Shown here: positions 1-15,000 of the stretch, one piece after another
How positions within the stretch are numbered: position 1 is the first letter of the stretch
How the letters are laid out: the number at the start of each line of letters is the position of its first letter
Program-made: the position numbers and the translations under genes
NCBI GenBank assembly: GCA_963713045.1
Contig: CAVQKE010000007.1
Coordinates: 1 to 64,000 of the forward strand
Source of the DNA: an uncultured delta proteobacterium
GTDB taxonomy: Bacteria > Myxococcota > Myxococcia > Myxococcales > Myxococcaceae
Direction: 5' to 3'
Length of the DNA: 64,000 bases
The notes under the pieces: generated by a model
What the model was told of the DNA's origin: nothing
Seen by the model: the letters and a program-made list of their open reading frames with translations, nothing else
Database searches by the model: none

Positions 1-3000
1 AGTGAAATTGCCTTTGAGAGTCAGGATGCCGGGCGCCTGGCTCATTGACAAGCTACCCGGACTTAAGACACCGGCATTATTGAGGCTGCCATCCAGAACC
101 CCTGAGCCGCCGATGATTGCTCCCTGGGCAACATTGACCGTTTGAGAAGCCAGTTCAGCATCGACTTCCAAGCCGCCCGCTACCACGTTGGTGGTGCCCG
201 TTAAGCCGGTGATCGGCTGATCCAACACCCAGGTGCCCGATCCTTGCTTGAGCAGTTGGCCGGTTGCGGTGATCCCGCCACTGACCGCGCCGCTGAGGGT
301 CTGTGTTCCGGCCCCATCCAGGACCAGTTGGGAACTCGAGCTTGAGCCGAGGTTTAAGAGCCCCTGGATCTGAGAACCGGTCAAAAGCGTCACCAGATTG
401 GCATTGTTGCTGAGGGTCACATCCCCATGGATCGTGCCCGCGTTGGTCAATGTGGTGGATCCACCGGTCGCAGTGAGCGCGCCATTAATCATGGCGCCCT
501 GCGGCATTGGTCACCGTGCCGCCTTGGGCCAGGAGGATTCCGGTCGGACCGCCCGAGATGGTGCCCGTATTGGTGATCGTGCCGGCGGTGGCCAGGGTTA
601 TCCCGCCTTGTTGACCGGTGATGGTGCCCGAATTGGTAACGGTGCTGTTGCCCGATATACCGGTTAGACCCCAGGCGTTCCCGCCTATGGTTCCCGCATT
701 ATTGACGCTACCGCCATCGAGCAGGGTCAGCGGATTGGTGAGCCCGGCTCCGGCATTGACCTGCAACAGACTGGTCGTGCCATCGATTGAGACTGCGCCG
801 GTGCCTAACGCCTGGTTAGCGGCCACGACCAAACTACCGGCCGTGACACTCGTTCCGCCGGTGTAAGTGTTGGTGGCCGCCAGGATCACCGTGCCCAGAC
901 CGGTCTTGGTCACATCCCCGGCACCGGTGATCTGCACTCCAACGGTACCGCTCACCCCGCTATCGGCCTCCAGAATCGTGCCGGTTGAGGCCGTAAGCAC
1001 CGAACCGTTTGTGGTCGTGATCAGGTAACCATCGGTGACAAACTGCAGCCCGGTGATCGTCATGTTCGCCGCGAGGGTCACCGTTCCGGCTGCGCCTTCG
1101 AACACCGCAAAACCCGGACTCCAGACTGAGTTGACGTTCCCGTTTGCGTTCGTCCAATTGGTATTGGCGGTGTCCCAGGTTCCGCTGCCACCGTTCACGG
1201 TGCCGGTTTCTACCGACATTAGTCCCATCCCAGAATTCAAAGAGGGTCCCGTTACTGGTGACCACCAGGTTGATCTGGTTGGCGATCGAGGTCTGGATGG
1301 TCAACTCTGCCGGGGTCACTCCGGCCGGCAGCGTCCCAAACGCCAGGCCGTCATTGGTCAGGGTACCGTAATTAAAGAGCCGGTAAACTCCCGCCCCGAA
1401 GCCACCCGCGTTGACGATGTTCAAGGTACCTGCCAGGGTCAGATTATCAGTGACGTTGATCAGGTCGTTGACTCCGCTACCCACCACTCCCGGCGTACCC
1501 AGGTTAAAGGTGGTGACCGACCCTGGAGTCAACAACAGGTCTTTATGGAAGGTCAGGGTGCGAGGATCGCCCGGCGAGAGTATTCCACCCGGCTCGATGG
1601 TCACGTCCTGATAAATGTTGCCGGCGCCGGACAACGTTGCGCCGCTCTCGACTTGCACGTTTGAGTTAAGCAGGTTGCCCTGGACCGTGAACTTTCCGGC
1701 TTGCACATCGGTTAGCCCGCTATAGGTGCTGGTGCCGGTCAGGATCAAGTCCCCGGTGCCGGTCTTGTTGAGCGCCAGCGTGCTAGTGCTGCCGTCTTGC
1801 AAGACGCCGCTGAAGGTAGTCGTAGCGTTGTCGCCGCCGGCCGTCAATGTGGCCGCTGTCGCGCCATTGTTGGTGACCGTGCCGGCACCAGCCAGTGAAC
1901 CAATCGCGCTGGAGAACCCATTGAGGTCTAAGGTTGCGTTAACGTTCACTGTCACATTGGAGTTCGGGCTCAATGCCCCGCTTGAGCCCAGCTCCAGTGT
2001 GCCGGCGCTCACCGTCGTGGGACCCGAAAAGGTGTTGTTGCCGTTCAAGATCAAAGTTCCCGAGCCTTCTTGAATTAAGCTACCCGGACCGCTGATACTG
2101 AAAACGACGGTGTCGCTGCGGTCGAACGCGAGGGTCGCGCCGCTGTCTACGGTTGCACCCGTAGCGATCATCCCGGTGGTTCCCCCATCCCCGATCTGCA
2201 AGGTGCCGGCGGTCACCGTCGTGCCGCCACTGTAAGTATCGGTGCCCGTCAGGATCGAGGTACCGGTCCCCATCTGGACTAAAGTTCCGGTGCCGCTGAT
2301 GATCCCACTTAAGACCAGGCCGCTATCGGACCGGTCCAGGCTCAGCTGACCGTTATCGATGATGTTGCCGACAATGCTGCCGGTGCTGCCTCCGTTGCCC
2401 AGTTGCAGGGTCCCGCCGCTAATGGTCGTTCCGCCCGTATAAGTATTGGCCGCCGTCAGGATCACCGTGCCGGGACCGGTTTTGGTCACATCCCCAGCCC
2501 CGATAATTGCCGCCCCGATGGTGCCGCTTACTCCGCTGCCGGCCTCTAAAATCGTGCCGGTTGCGGCCGTGATCGACGAATCGTTTGCAGTCGTGATCAG
2601 GTAGCCATCAGTCACAAACTGCAGACCACTGAAAGTCACGTTCTGCGCCAGGGTCACCGTTCCGGCGGTGCCTTCGAAGACCGCAAAGCCCTGTCTCCAG
2701 ACTGAGTTGGTGCTCCCATCTGCCGCTGCCCAGTTGGTATTGGTGGAGTTCCAGGTTCCATTGCCGCCGCCAATGACGCCGTTATTGGCTGGATCAGTTC
2801 CATCCCAGAACTCTAAAAGAGTCGTCCCGTTAACCACCAGGTTGATCTGATTTGCGACCGCTGTCTGGATGCTCAAACCTCCCGGGGTCACTCCGCCTGG
2901 CAGCGTCCCGAGCGTCATACCGTTATTGGTTAAAATACCCCCGTAATTAAAGAGCCGGTAGACCCCGGTCCCGAAGCCACCCAGGTCGGTGATGTTCAAT

Positions 3001-6000
3001 GTTCCTCCCAAGGTCAGGTTGCCAGTCACGTCCACCAGATCATTGCCCACCGCTCCGGGCGCACCCAGTCTAAAGCTGGACAACGACCCAGAGCTCAACA
3101 CCAGCGAACCGAGCGTCAGAGTGCCAACGCCGTTGTTGCTCGGCGACAAGGTTCCCCCGCTGGTGACCGTCACCGTTCCGTTAATGGTGCCGGTGCCGCC
3201 CAACGCTGCGCCGCTCTCAACCCGAACGGCCGAATTGCTTAAGCTGCCCACCACCGATAACAGACCGCCTTGCACATCGGTCAGCCCGCTATAGGTGCTG
3301 GCTCCTGAAAGAATCAAAGTCCCGCTGCCCGTTTTGCTGAGACTCAGGGTGCCGATACCGTTTTGCAGCGCGCCGCTGAAAGTCGTCGAGGCGTTGTCGC
3401 CGCCCTCAGTCAGTGTCGCCGCTGCTGCGCCATTGTTGGCGATCGTGCCGCTGCCGGCCAAGGAGCCAATCGCGTTGGAGAACCCATTGAGATCTAAGGT
3501 TGAATTGACCGTAAAATCTGAGGTTGGGCTTAATCCTGTGATTGAACCCGCTCGCAGTGTTCCGGCGCTCACCGTCGTTGGACCTGAGTAAGTGTTGGTC
3601 CCGCTCAAGGTCAAGATGCCGGTGCCAACCTTGGTCAGTCCTAAGGCGCCGGGACCGTTTTGCAGCGTGCCGCTAAAGAGGCTGGTCGCATTGTCGCCTC
3701 CGGCGCTCAATATCGCCGCGGCGCCGGTATTGGTCACCGTCCCGGTGCCGGCCAGTGAACCAATCGCGCTAGAGAACCCATTGAGGTTTAGGGTCGCTCC
3801 AGTCACGACCGTAAAATCAGAGTTGGCGCTCAATGCTGATAAAGAACCCGCCTGCAGCGTTCCGGCCATCACCGTGGTCACCCCGCTATAGGTGTTGGTG
3901 CCCAACAGGGTCGAAGTGCCTGTGCCGGCCTGAATCACGCTGCCGGTGCCGCCGATGTTGCCGCCTAAATTCAGGGCCGCATCGGTCCGATTGAACTCCA
4001 GTACCCCATTATCGGTGATGTTGCCGACAATGCTGCCGGTGCTGCCGCCGTTGCCCAGTTGCAGAGTGCCCGCGCTAATGGTCGTGCCGCCTGTGTAGTT
4101 ATTGGCGCCGGTCAGAATCGAGGTGCCTGTCCCCATCTGGACCAAGGTTCCGGTGCCGCTAATCACTCCGGTCAAAGCCAGACCGACATCGGACCGGTCC
4201 AAGACGAGTTGTCCGTTGTCTGTTGTCAGTCCGGTGATAGTGCCCGAGGCGCCTCCGTTGCCCAGTTGCAGGATCCCGGCGCTAATCGTCGTTCCACCCG
4301 TGTAAGTATTGGCAGCCGTCAGGATCACCGTGCCCGGACCGCTTGTGGTCACGTCCCCAGCACCCACAATAGCCACCCCAACGGTTCCGGTTATCCCACC
4401 GAGGGCCTCCAGAACCGTGCCGGGTGCGGCCGTGATCGTTGAACCGGTTGCCGTCGTGATTTGGTAGCCGGTGGTGACAAACTCCAACCCGGCCATCGCC
4501 ACGGGCGCTCCAAGAGTCACCGTTCCGGCGGTGCCTTCGAACACCGCAAAGCCTTGCTTCCAGGCTGAGTTGGTGCTCCCGTTGAGGACCGTCCAGTTGG
4601 TGGTGGCGTTGTCCCAAGTCCCGGTCCCGCCTGAAACGGTGCCGGTTTCTGCATTATTGGGTCCATCCCAGAACTGTAAGAGGCTCGCGCCACTGACTAC
4701 CAAATTAATCTGGTAGGCCACCGATGTCTGGATCGTCAAAGCTCCCGGAATCACCCCGCCTGGAACCGTCCCGATCGTCATGCCGTTATTTGTTAAAGCA
4801 CCCCCGTAATTGAAGAGTCGGTAAACCCCGGCCCCGAAGCCGCCCAGGTCGGTGACGTTTAACGTGCCAGCCAAGGTCAGGTTGGCAGTCACGATGACAA
4901 GGTCATTGGAGGTGCCCCCTAGCGCTCCGGCCGGGCCCAGGTCAAAGTTAGACACCGACCCGGAGTTCAACACCAGCGAACCGACGGTCAGTGTGCCAAC
5001 GACGCCGTTGCCCGGGGCGAGTATACCGCCGCTGAAGACGGTCACCGCTCCGCTAATGGTGCCTGCGCCGCCCAACGTTGCGCCGGTCTCAACGTGCACA
5101 GCTGAAGTGCCCAAGTTACCGCGAACCGATAACAGGCCGGCTTGCACATCGGTCAGCCCGCTATAGGTGCTGGTTCCTGAAAGAATCAGGGTCCCGGTGC
5201 CCGTTTTGCTGAGCCCGAGGGTGCCGATACCGTTTTGCAAGACACCGCTAAAGGTCGTCGAGGCGTTGTCGCCCCCGGCAGTCAATGTGGCCAAGGCCGC
5301 GCCACTGTTCGTTACGATGCCGGTCCCTGCCAGAGAGCCAACGGCATTGGAAAACCCGTTGAGGTCCAAGGTTGACGTGACCGTAAAATCCGAGTTCGCG
5401 CTCAATGCCGTGGTTGAACCGGCCCGCAGTGTACCGGCGCCGACCGTCGTTGCACCTGAGTACATGTTGAGTCCGCTCAAGGTGAAGATGCCGGTGCCGG
5501 CCTTGGTCAGACCTAAGGCGCCGGGACTGTTTTGCAACGTGCCGCTGAAAACGCTAGACACGTCATCGCCTCCGGCGGTCAGTGTCGCCGCGGCGCCTGT
5601 GTCGGTCACTGTGCCAGTGCCGGCCAGTGAACCGATGGAGTTCGAGAAACCGTTCAGGTTTAAGGTCGCGTTGACCGTGAAATCCGAGGTGGCACTTAAG
5701 CCAGTCACTGAGCCTGCTTGGAGCGCACCGGCGTTCACCGTAGTCACTCCGCTGTAGGTATTCGTGCCCGAAAGGGTCACGGTGCTGCCCGTACCGATTT
5801 GAACCACGCTGCCTGTGCCGGTAATATTATCGGCTAAGTTCAGGCCCGTGTCAGAGCGGTCCAATTGCAAGACTCCGTTGTCGGTAATGCTGCCCACAAT
5901 GCTGCCGGTGGCAGTAGCGGCCCCCAATTGCAAGATGCCAGCGCTGATAGTGGTGCCGCCCGTGTAGGTGTTGGTCCCCGTCAGAGTCAAGATGCCAGTA

Positions 6001-9000
6001 CCACTCTTACTTAGCGCCAGAGCGCCGGTGCCGTTTTGCAGCACTCCGCTAAAGGCCGTGCTGAGGCTGTCACCCTCGGCGATTAGTGTGGCGGCTGCTC
6101 CGGTGTTGCTCACGGTTCCGCTGCCGGCTAAGGAACCAATCGCGCTGGAGAACCCATTGAGCTCCAGGGTTGAATTGACCGTAAAATCTGAGGTTGCGCT
6201 TAACCCTGTGGTTGAACCCGCTCGCAGTATACCGGCGCTCACCGTCGTTGCGCCTGAGTAGGTGTTGGTTCCACTCAAGGTCAAGGTGCCCGTGCCAGCC
6301 TTGGTCAATCCGAAGGTGCCGGTGCCGTTTTGCAGCGTGCCGCTAAAGAGGCTAGTCGCATTGTCGCCTCCGGTGCTCAGGGTGGCGGCCGCCACACCGC
6401 TATTGGTCACCGTGCCATTACCAGCCAGTGAACCGATAGCGTTGGAGAAACCGCCCAGATTCAAAATCGAGGTGACTGTAAAATCGGAGTTTGCGCTTAA
6501 GGCTGACAAAGAGCCCGCCTGCAGCATCCCGGCGCTCACGGTGGTCACTCCGCTATAGGTGTTGGTGCCCGACAGGGTCGCAGTGCCCGTGCCGGCTTGA
6601 ACCATGCTACCGGTGCCGGCGATGTTGCCGCTCAAGGTCAGCGCCGTGTCGATGCGGTTGAATTCCAAGACTCCGTTATCAACGACGTTGCCGCTGATGC
6701 TGCCGCTGATGCCGGCATTGCCCAGTTGCAGGGTCCCTGCGCTGATGGTCGTGCCCCCACTATTGGTATTGGCTCCGGTCAGGATCGAGGTGCCTGTCCC
6801 CATCTGCACCAAAGTCCCGGTGCCGCTGATCACGCCGCTCAACGCCAAGCCGCTATCGGAGCGGTTCAAACTTAATTGGCCGTTATCGGTAATGGCGCCT
6901 GTAACAGATCCAGTTGTTCCTCCGTTGCCCAGCTGCAAGGTGCCGCTGCTAATGCTCGTGCCGCCACTGTAAGTATTAGCAGCCGTCAGGATCACCGTCC
7001 CCGGGCCGGTTACAGTGACGTCCCCTGCTCCGACGATTCCTACCCCGACCGTCCCTGTGACGCCGCTATTGGCCTCCAGCAGCGTGCCGCTTTGGGCCGT
7101 GATCGTGGAAGCATTGCCGGTGGTGATCTGGTAGCCGGTGGTCACAAATTGCAGCCCGGCGACACTCACCGGCGCTGTCAGGTTCACCGTTCCCGCAGTG
7201 CCTTGGAAGACCGCTAATCCCTGTTTCCAGGCGGAGTTGCTGCTCCCGTCTAATACCGTCCAGTTGGTCGTGGCGTTGTCCCAGGTCCCGCTGCCGCCCG
7301 CCGGGCTGCTGCCGGTGGCGGTGGTATTAGGCCCGTTCCAATACTCCAAAAGGCCCGTGCCGTTGACCACCAGATCGACCTGGTTGGCGGTAACCTGGAT
7401 GTTTAAGGCGCTCCGGCTCACTCCGCCTGGGATCGTGCCAATCGTCAGTGCACTCGCCGGACCGGTCTCGGTCCCGAAACCAAAAAGCTCGTAGGTCCCG
7501 GTCCCGAAAGTGCCCAGATCGGCGATGTTAAGGCTTCCTCCCAAGGTCAGGTTGTTGTTCACTAACACCAGGTCGTTCGCCCCGCCCCCGCGTTACCTAA
7601 TCCGGACGGACCCAGTTCAAAGTTCGACAAGGAGCCGGAATTTAAGACTAGCGAGTCGACCGTCAAAGTCGCGGGGCTGTTGCCAGGCGCCAGCGCGCCT
7701 CCGCTTAAAACCGTCACCGTCCCATGAATCGTCCCATTGCCGCCCAAGGTTGCTCCGCTCTCTACCTGCACCGCTGAACCAGTGACCGTTCCCCGAACCG
7801 ATAAGACTCCTCCTTGCACATCGGTTAATCCGCTATAGGCGCTGGTCCCGCTAAGGATCAAGGTCCCGGTGCCCCTCTTATTGAGCGCCAGCGTCCCGGT
7901 CCCGTTCTGCAGGAGCCCGCTGAAAGTCGTCGAGGCGTTGTCGCTCCCCGCACTCAGAGTGGCGGCGCCGGTGGCGCTCACCGTCCCGCTACCGGCCAAG
8001 GAACCGATCGTGTTGGAAAAGGCACCCAGGTTCAAAATCGAGGTGACCGTGAAATCTGAAGCGGCGCTCAGCGCGGTGGTTGAACCTGCCTGCAGCGTGC
8101 CGGCGCTCACTGTCGTCGCCCCTGAGTAGGTGTTGTTCCCGCTCAGGGTCAAGGTGCCCGTGCCGCTCTTGGTCAGCGCCAGGGTGCCGGTGCCGTTGCT
8201 GAGCACTCCGCCAAAAGTGGTAGCCGCATTGTTGCCCCCCGCAGTCAATGTGGCCGCGCCTGTGGCGCTCACCGTTCCGGTGCCCGCCAGTGAACCGATC
8301 GTGTTGGAGAAAGTGTTCAGGTTTAAAGTCGCCCCGCTCACCGTGAAAGCAGAGTTTGCGCTTAAGCCGGTCGTCGAGCCCGCCTGCAGAGTACCGGCGC
8401 TCACCGTGGTCACTCCGCTATAGGTGTTAGCGCCAAGCAGGGTCACCGTGCCCGCACCGGCCTGCACCACGCCGCCGGTGCCGATAATGTTGCCGCTCAA
8501 AGCCAGGCCAGAGTCGGTGCGATTAAATGCCAACACCCCGTTATCGGTAATGTTGCCGACGATGGTTCCGCTCCCGCCGGCGTTACCTAACTGCAGTGTG
8601 CCGCCACTGATCATCGTGCCGCCCGTGTAGGAGTTTGTCCCGGTCAGGGTCAGAGTGCCGGTGCCGCTCTTGGTCAGCGCCAAGGCGCCGGTACCGATTT
8701 GCAACACTCCACTAAAAAGGCTGGAAGCGTTATCGGTTCCGGCGGTCAGCGTCGCCGTCCCGGCAAAGCTATTAATCACCGTGCCGGAGCCGGCCAGCGA
8801 ACCGATCGTGTTGGAGAAAGTATTAAGGTCCAGGATTGAATTAACGCTAAAATCTGAAGTCGCACTTAGCCCGCCAGTTGAACCCGCCTGCAATGTTCCG
8901 CCGCTTACAGTTGTGGTGCCCGAGTAGGTGTTAGCTCCGCTTAAGGTTAAGGTCCCGGTGCCGCTTTTGGTCAGGGCCAGGGTACCCGTGCCGTTTTGCA

Positions 9001-12000
9001 GCACTCCGCTAAAAGTGGTAGCCGTATTGTTACCCCCCGCAGTCAGTGTGGCCGCGCCTGTGGCGCTCACCGTGCCGGTGCCGGCCAGCGAGCCGATCGT
9101 GTTGGAGAAACTGCCCAGGTTTAACGTCGCCCCGCTGACCGTATAAGCAGAACTTGCGCTGAGCGCGGTCGTCGAACCCGCCTGCAAGGTGCCGGCGCTC
9201 ACCGTGGTCACCCCGCTATAGCTGTTGGCACCCGAGAGGGTCACCGTGCCTGTACCGGCCTGCACCACGCTGCCGGTGCCGATGATGTTGCCGCTTAACG
9301 CCAGCCCAGAATCGGTGCGATTGAAGGCCAAGACCGCGTTATTGGTGATGGCTCCCACGATGCTGCCGCTCGCGCCGGCTCTGCCCAACTGCAACGTCCC
9401 GCCGCTGATCGTCGTGCCGCCACTGTAAGTATTGCCAGCCGTCAGGATCACCGTTCCCGGACCGGTTACAGTGACGTCCCCTGCTCCGACCATTCCTACC
9501 CCAACCATCCCTGTGACGCCACTATTAGCCTCCAGCAGCGTGCCGCTTTCGGCCGTGATCGTGGAAGCATTGGCGGTGGTGATCTGGTAGCCGGTGGTCA
9601 CAAATTGCAGCCCGGCGACACTCACCGGCGCTGTCAGGTTCACCGTTCCCGCGGTCCCTTGGAAGACTGCCAGCCCCTGTTTCCAGGCGGAGTTGCTGCT
9701 CCCGTCTAATACCGTCCAGTTGGTGGTGGCGTTGTCCCAGGTCCCGCTCCCGCCGGCTGGGCTGCTGCCGGTGGCGGTGGTATTAGGCCCATTCCAATAC
9801 TCCAGAAGGCCCGTGCCGTTGACCACCAGATCGACCTGGTTGGCGGTAACCTGGATGCTCAAGGCGCTCCGGGTCACTCCGTTGGGAATCGTGCCAATCG
9901 TCAGCGCACTCGCCAGACCGCTCTCGGTCCCGAAACCAAAAAGCTCGTAGGTCCCGATCCCGAAAGTGCCCAGATCGGTGATGTTAAGGGTTCCTCCCAA
10001 GGTCAGGTTGTTGTTCACTATCACCAGGTCGTTCACCCCGCCCCCCGCGTTACCCAATCCGGACGGACCCAGTTGGAAATTGGAAAATGACCCGGAGTTT
10101 AACACCAGCGAACCGACCGTCAGGGTGCCAACCGCGCCGCTATTGCCCGGCGCAAGGATACCTCCGCTCAAGACCGTCACCGCTCCGCTAATGCTCCCTG
10201 CGCCGCCTAAGGTTGCCCCAGTCTCCACATGCACCGCTGAATCACCTAAAGCGCCCTGAACCGTTAACCGGCCCCCTTGCACATCGGTTAATCCGCTATA
10301 GGAATTGGTCCCGCTCAGGATCAAGGTCCCGGTACCGCTCTTGGTCAGGGCCAATGTCCCACCGCCGTTCTGCAGCGCCCCGCTGAAGGTCGTCGAGGCG
10401 TTGTCGCTCCCGGCGCTCAGCGTGGCCGTCCCGGTTGCGCTGACCGTGCCGGTGCCGGCCAGGGAACCGATCGCATTGGAGAAGGCGCCCAGGTTCAAAA
10501 TCGAGGTCACCGTGAAATCTGAAGCGGCGCTCAGGGCGGTGATTGAACCCGCCTGCAAGGTGCCGGCGCTCACCGTGGTCAGCCCGCTATAGCTGTTGGC
10601 GCCCGAGAGGGTCACCGTGCCTGTACCGGCCTGCACCACGCTGCCGGCGCCAATAATGTTGCCGCTCAAAACCAGGCCGGAATCGGTGCGATTGAAGGCC
10701 AACACCCCGTTATCGGTGATGGCGCCCACGATGCTGCCGCTCGCGCCGGCACTGCCCAACTGCAACGTCCCGCCGCTGATCGTCGTGCCACCGCTGTAAG
10801 TATTGGCAGCCGTCAGGATCACCGTTCCCGGACCGGTTACAGTGACGTCCCCAGCTCCGACGATTCCTACCCCGACCGTCCCTGTGACGCCGGTATTAGC
10901 CTCCAGCAGCGTGCCGCTTTGGGCCGTGATCGTGGAAGCGTTTGCAGTGGTGATCTGGTAGCCGGTGGTCACAAATTGCAGCCCCGCGACACTCACCGGC
11001 GCCGTCAGGTTCACCGTTCCGGCGGTCCCTTGGAAGACTGCCAGTCCCTGTTTCCAGGCGGAGTTGCTGCTCCCGTCCAATACCGTCCAGTTGGTCGTGG
11101 CGTTGTCCCAGGTCCCGCTGCCGCCGGCTGGGCTGCTGCCGGTGGCGGTGGTATTAGGCCCATTCCAATACTCCAAAAGGCCCGTGCCGCTGACCACCAG
11201 ATCAACCTGGCTGGCGGTAACCTGGATGCTCAAGGCGCTCCGACTCACTCCGCCGGGGATCGTGCCAATCGTCAGCGCACTCGCCGGACCGCTCTCGGTC
11301 CCGAAACCAAAAAGCTCGTAGGTCCCGGTCCCGAAAGTGCCCAGATCGGCGATGTTGAGGGTTCCTCCCAAGGTCAGGTTGTTGTTCACTATCACCAGGT
11401 CGTTCACCCCACCCCCCGCTTTACCCAATCCGGACGGACCCAGTTCAAAGTTCGACAACGAACCGGAATTTAAGACTAGCGAATCGACCGTCAAAGTCCC
11501 GGGGCTGTTGCCCGGCGCGAGGATACCTCCGCTCAAGACCGTCACTGCTCCGCTGATGGTCCCTGCGCCGCCTAAGGTGGCCCCAGTCTCCACATGCACC
11601 GCTGAATTGCTTAAAGCGCCCTGAACCGTTAACTGGCCCCCTTGCACATCGGTTAATCCGCTATAGGAATTGGTCCCGCTCAGGATCAAGGTCCCGGTGC
11701 CGCTCTTATTGAGCCCCAGCGTTCCGGTCCCGTTCTGGAGCGCCCCGCTGAAGGTCGTCGAGGCGTTGTCGCTCCCGGCAGTCAGGGTCACCGTCCCCGT
11801 AGCGCTCACCGTGCCGCTGCCGGCCAAGGAACCGATCGTATTGGAAAAGGCGCCCAGACTCAAAATCGAGGTGACCGTGAAATCTGAAGCGGAGCTCAGG
11901 GCAGTGGTTGAACCCGCCTGCAGGATGCCTGCACTCACTGTCGTCTCCCCTGAGTAGGTATTGCTCCCGCTCAGGGTCAAGGTGCCGGTGCCGCTTTTGG

Positions 12001-15000
12001 TCAGCGCCAGAGTCCCCGACTGCAGCGAACCGCTAAAGGTCGTTGAAGTGCCGTTATTGCCGACCGTCAAAGTCGCCGCCGAGCCGGTGTTTGTGACCGT
12101 GCCGGTGCCGGCCAGGGCACCGATCGTGTTGGAGCTGCTATTGAGGTTCAAGCTTCCATTGACCGTAAAAGCAGAGTTCGCGCTTAGTGCGCTCGTTGAA
12201 CCCGCCTGCAACGTCCCGGCGCTCACCGTGGTCACCCCGCTATAGGTGTTGTCGCCCGAGAGAGTTACTGTACCCGTACCGGCAGCAAGCTCGACCACGC
12301 TGCCGGTCCCGGTAATGTTACCGCTTAAAACCAGGGCCGTATCAGTGCGGCTAAACGCCAACACCCCGCTGTCCGAGATATTGCCCACGATGCTGCCGGC
12401 GGCACTTGTGCTGCCCAGCTGCAGGGTCCCGGCGCTGATCGTCGTGCCGCCCGCGTAGGAGTTAGTCCCGGTAAAGGTTAAGGTGCCTGTGCCGATCTTG
12501 GTCAACGCCAAGGCGCCGGGGCCGTCTTGCAGCGTGCCACTAAAAACCCTAGACGTGTTATCGCCGCCCACGCTCAATGTCGCCCCGGCGCCGGTATTGG
12601 TTACCGTGCCGATGCCGGCCAGGGAACCAATCGCATTGGAAAACCCATTGAGGTCTAAGGTTGAATTGACCGTGAATGCCGAGGTTGGGCTTAGCGCCGT
12701 TCCAGAGCCCGCTTGCAGCGTTCCGGCGCTTACCGTTGTTGGGCCCGAGTAGGTGTTGATCCCGGTCAAGGTCAAGGTGCCGGTGCCGATCTTGGTCAGG
12801 GCCAGGGTGCCGGCGCCGTTCTGCAGCACACCGCTAAAGACGCTAGTCGCGTTGTCAGTCCCGGCGGTTAGGACGGCTACGCCGAGGCTATTGGTCACCG
12901 TGCCAGTGCCAGCCAGGGAACCGACGGTGTTAGAGAAACCATTCAGGTCTAATGTCGCTCCATTTACTGTCAAATTTGAGTTGGTGCTTAACGCCGTGGT
13001 TGAACCCGCCTGCAGCGTCCCGGCGCTCACCGTGGTCACGCCGCTGTAGGTGTTATTGCCCGACAGGGTCACAGCGCCCGAACCGGCCTGCACTACGCTG
13101 CCGGTGCCGATGAGGTTGCCGCTTACTGCCAAGGCAGAGTCAGTGCGATCGAATGCCAATATTCCGTTATCAGTGATGTTGCCCATGATGCTGCCCGTGG
13201 TGCCGCCGTTGCCCAATTGCAGGGTCCCGCTGCTGATCGTCGTGCCACCACTGTAGGTATTGGCGGCCGTCAGGATCACCGTGCCCGGACCTGTCACGGT
13301 CACGTCCCCGGTTCCGACAATCGATACCCCAATGGTTCCAGTTATACCGCTCAGGGTCTGCAACATCGTACCGCTCGCCGCGCTGAGCGTTGAACTGTTT
13401 GCGGTTGTGATCTGGTAGCCATTGGTTATAAACTCCAACCCGGCCATCGTCTGGCTCGCCGCCAGGGTCACCGTTCCGGCGCTCCCTCCGAAGACCGCAA
13501 AACCCTGTTTCCAGTCTGAATTGGTGCTCCCGTCTGCGACGGTCCAGTTGGTCGTGGTGCTGTCCCAACTCCCGCTACCTCCGATCACCGCGACGCCGCC
13601 GGTCGTATTGGCCCCATCCCAGAACTGTAGAAGACTCGAACCGTTGACCACCAGGTCGACTTGATGCGCGATCGCTAAGTCGATACTCAAGGCGGCTTTG
13701 GTCACTCCGCTGGGTACCGTTCCGATCGTCATCACATTATTGGTCAAGGTGCTATAACTGAAAAGCTCATAGACCCCGGAACCGAAGGCCCCGCCTACGT
13801 CGGCAACGTTCAATGCGCCTCCCAAAGTCAGATTGTTGGTCACGATAACCAGATCGTTCGACGTGCCGCCCGCATTTCCCAGTCCTGAAGGACCAAGTTC
13901 AAAGTTGGACATCGACCCGGAGTTCAGGATCAACGAATCGATGGTCATCGTGCCGGGACTGTTACCGGGCGCCAAGGCACCTCCGTTCAAGACCGTTACC
14001 ACCCCATGAATCGTACCGTTGCCGCCCAAGGTTGCCCCGCTCTCAACCTGCACGGCCGAATTACTGACGGTGCCTCGCACCGATAACAGGCCCCCTTGCA
14101 CGTCGGTCAGCCCGCTATAGGTGCTCGAGCCGGTCATGATAAAAATCCCGGTGCCGTTCTTGCTGAGCGCCAGGGTGCCCGTGCCGTTCTGCAGTGAGCC
14201 GCTGAAAGTCGTATTGACGTTGTCGACGCCGGCAGTGAGTGTGGCCGCCGCAGTGCCACTATTGGTGACGATACCGTTGCCGGCCAATGACCCAATCGTA
14301 TTGGAGTACCCATTGAGGTCCAAAGTGGAATTGACCGTGACATCAGAGTTTGCGCTGTAAGCTGTGCTTGAGCCGGCCTGCAGGGTCCCGGCGCTCACGG
14401 TGGTTGGGCCCGAGTAGCTGTTGGTCCCGCTCAAGGTCAAGGTCCCGATGCCGGTCTTGATCAAGCCCAGCGTGCCGGCGCCGTTTTGCAGCACACCGCT
14501 AAAGGTGGTAGTCGCGTTGTCACCGCCGACAGTCAAACTGGCCAGAGCGCCGCTATTGGTCACTGTCCCAGTGCCGGCCAGGGAGCCGATCGCGTTGGAG
14601 AAACCGCCCAGGTTTAAGGTGGCCCCGCTGACGGTAAAATCCGAGTTTGCGCTCAAGGCGGATCCAGAGCCCGCTTGCAGGGTTCCGGCGCTCACGGTGG
14701 TTACCCCGCTATAGGTGTTATTACCCGACAGGGTCACAGTGCCCGCACCGGCTTGTACCACGCTGCCGGCGCCGGTGATATTGCCGTTCAAGGCCAGGGC
14801 CGTGTCAGTGCGATTAAACGCCAATACCCCGTTATCGGTGATGTTACCCACGATGCTGCCGGTTGCCGTCGTATTGCCCAATTGCAGCGTGCCTCCGCTG
14901 ATGGTCGTACCGCCCGTGTAAGTGTTGGTCCCGGTCAGGGTCAGGGAGCCGGCGCCGCTCTTGGTCAACGCCAGAGGGCCCGCACCATTTTGCACGGCAC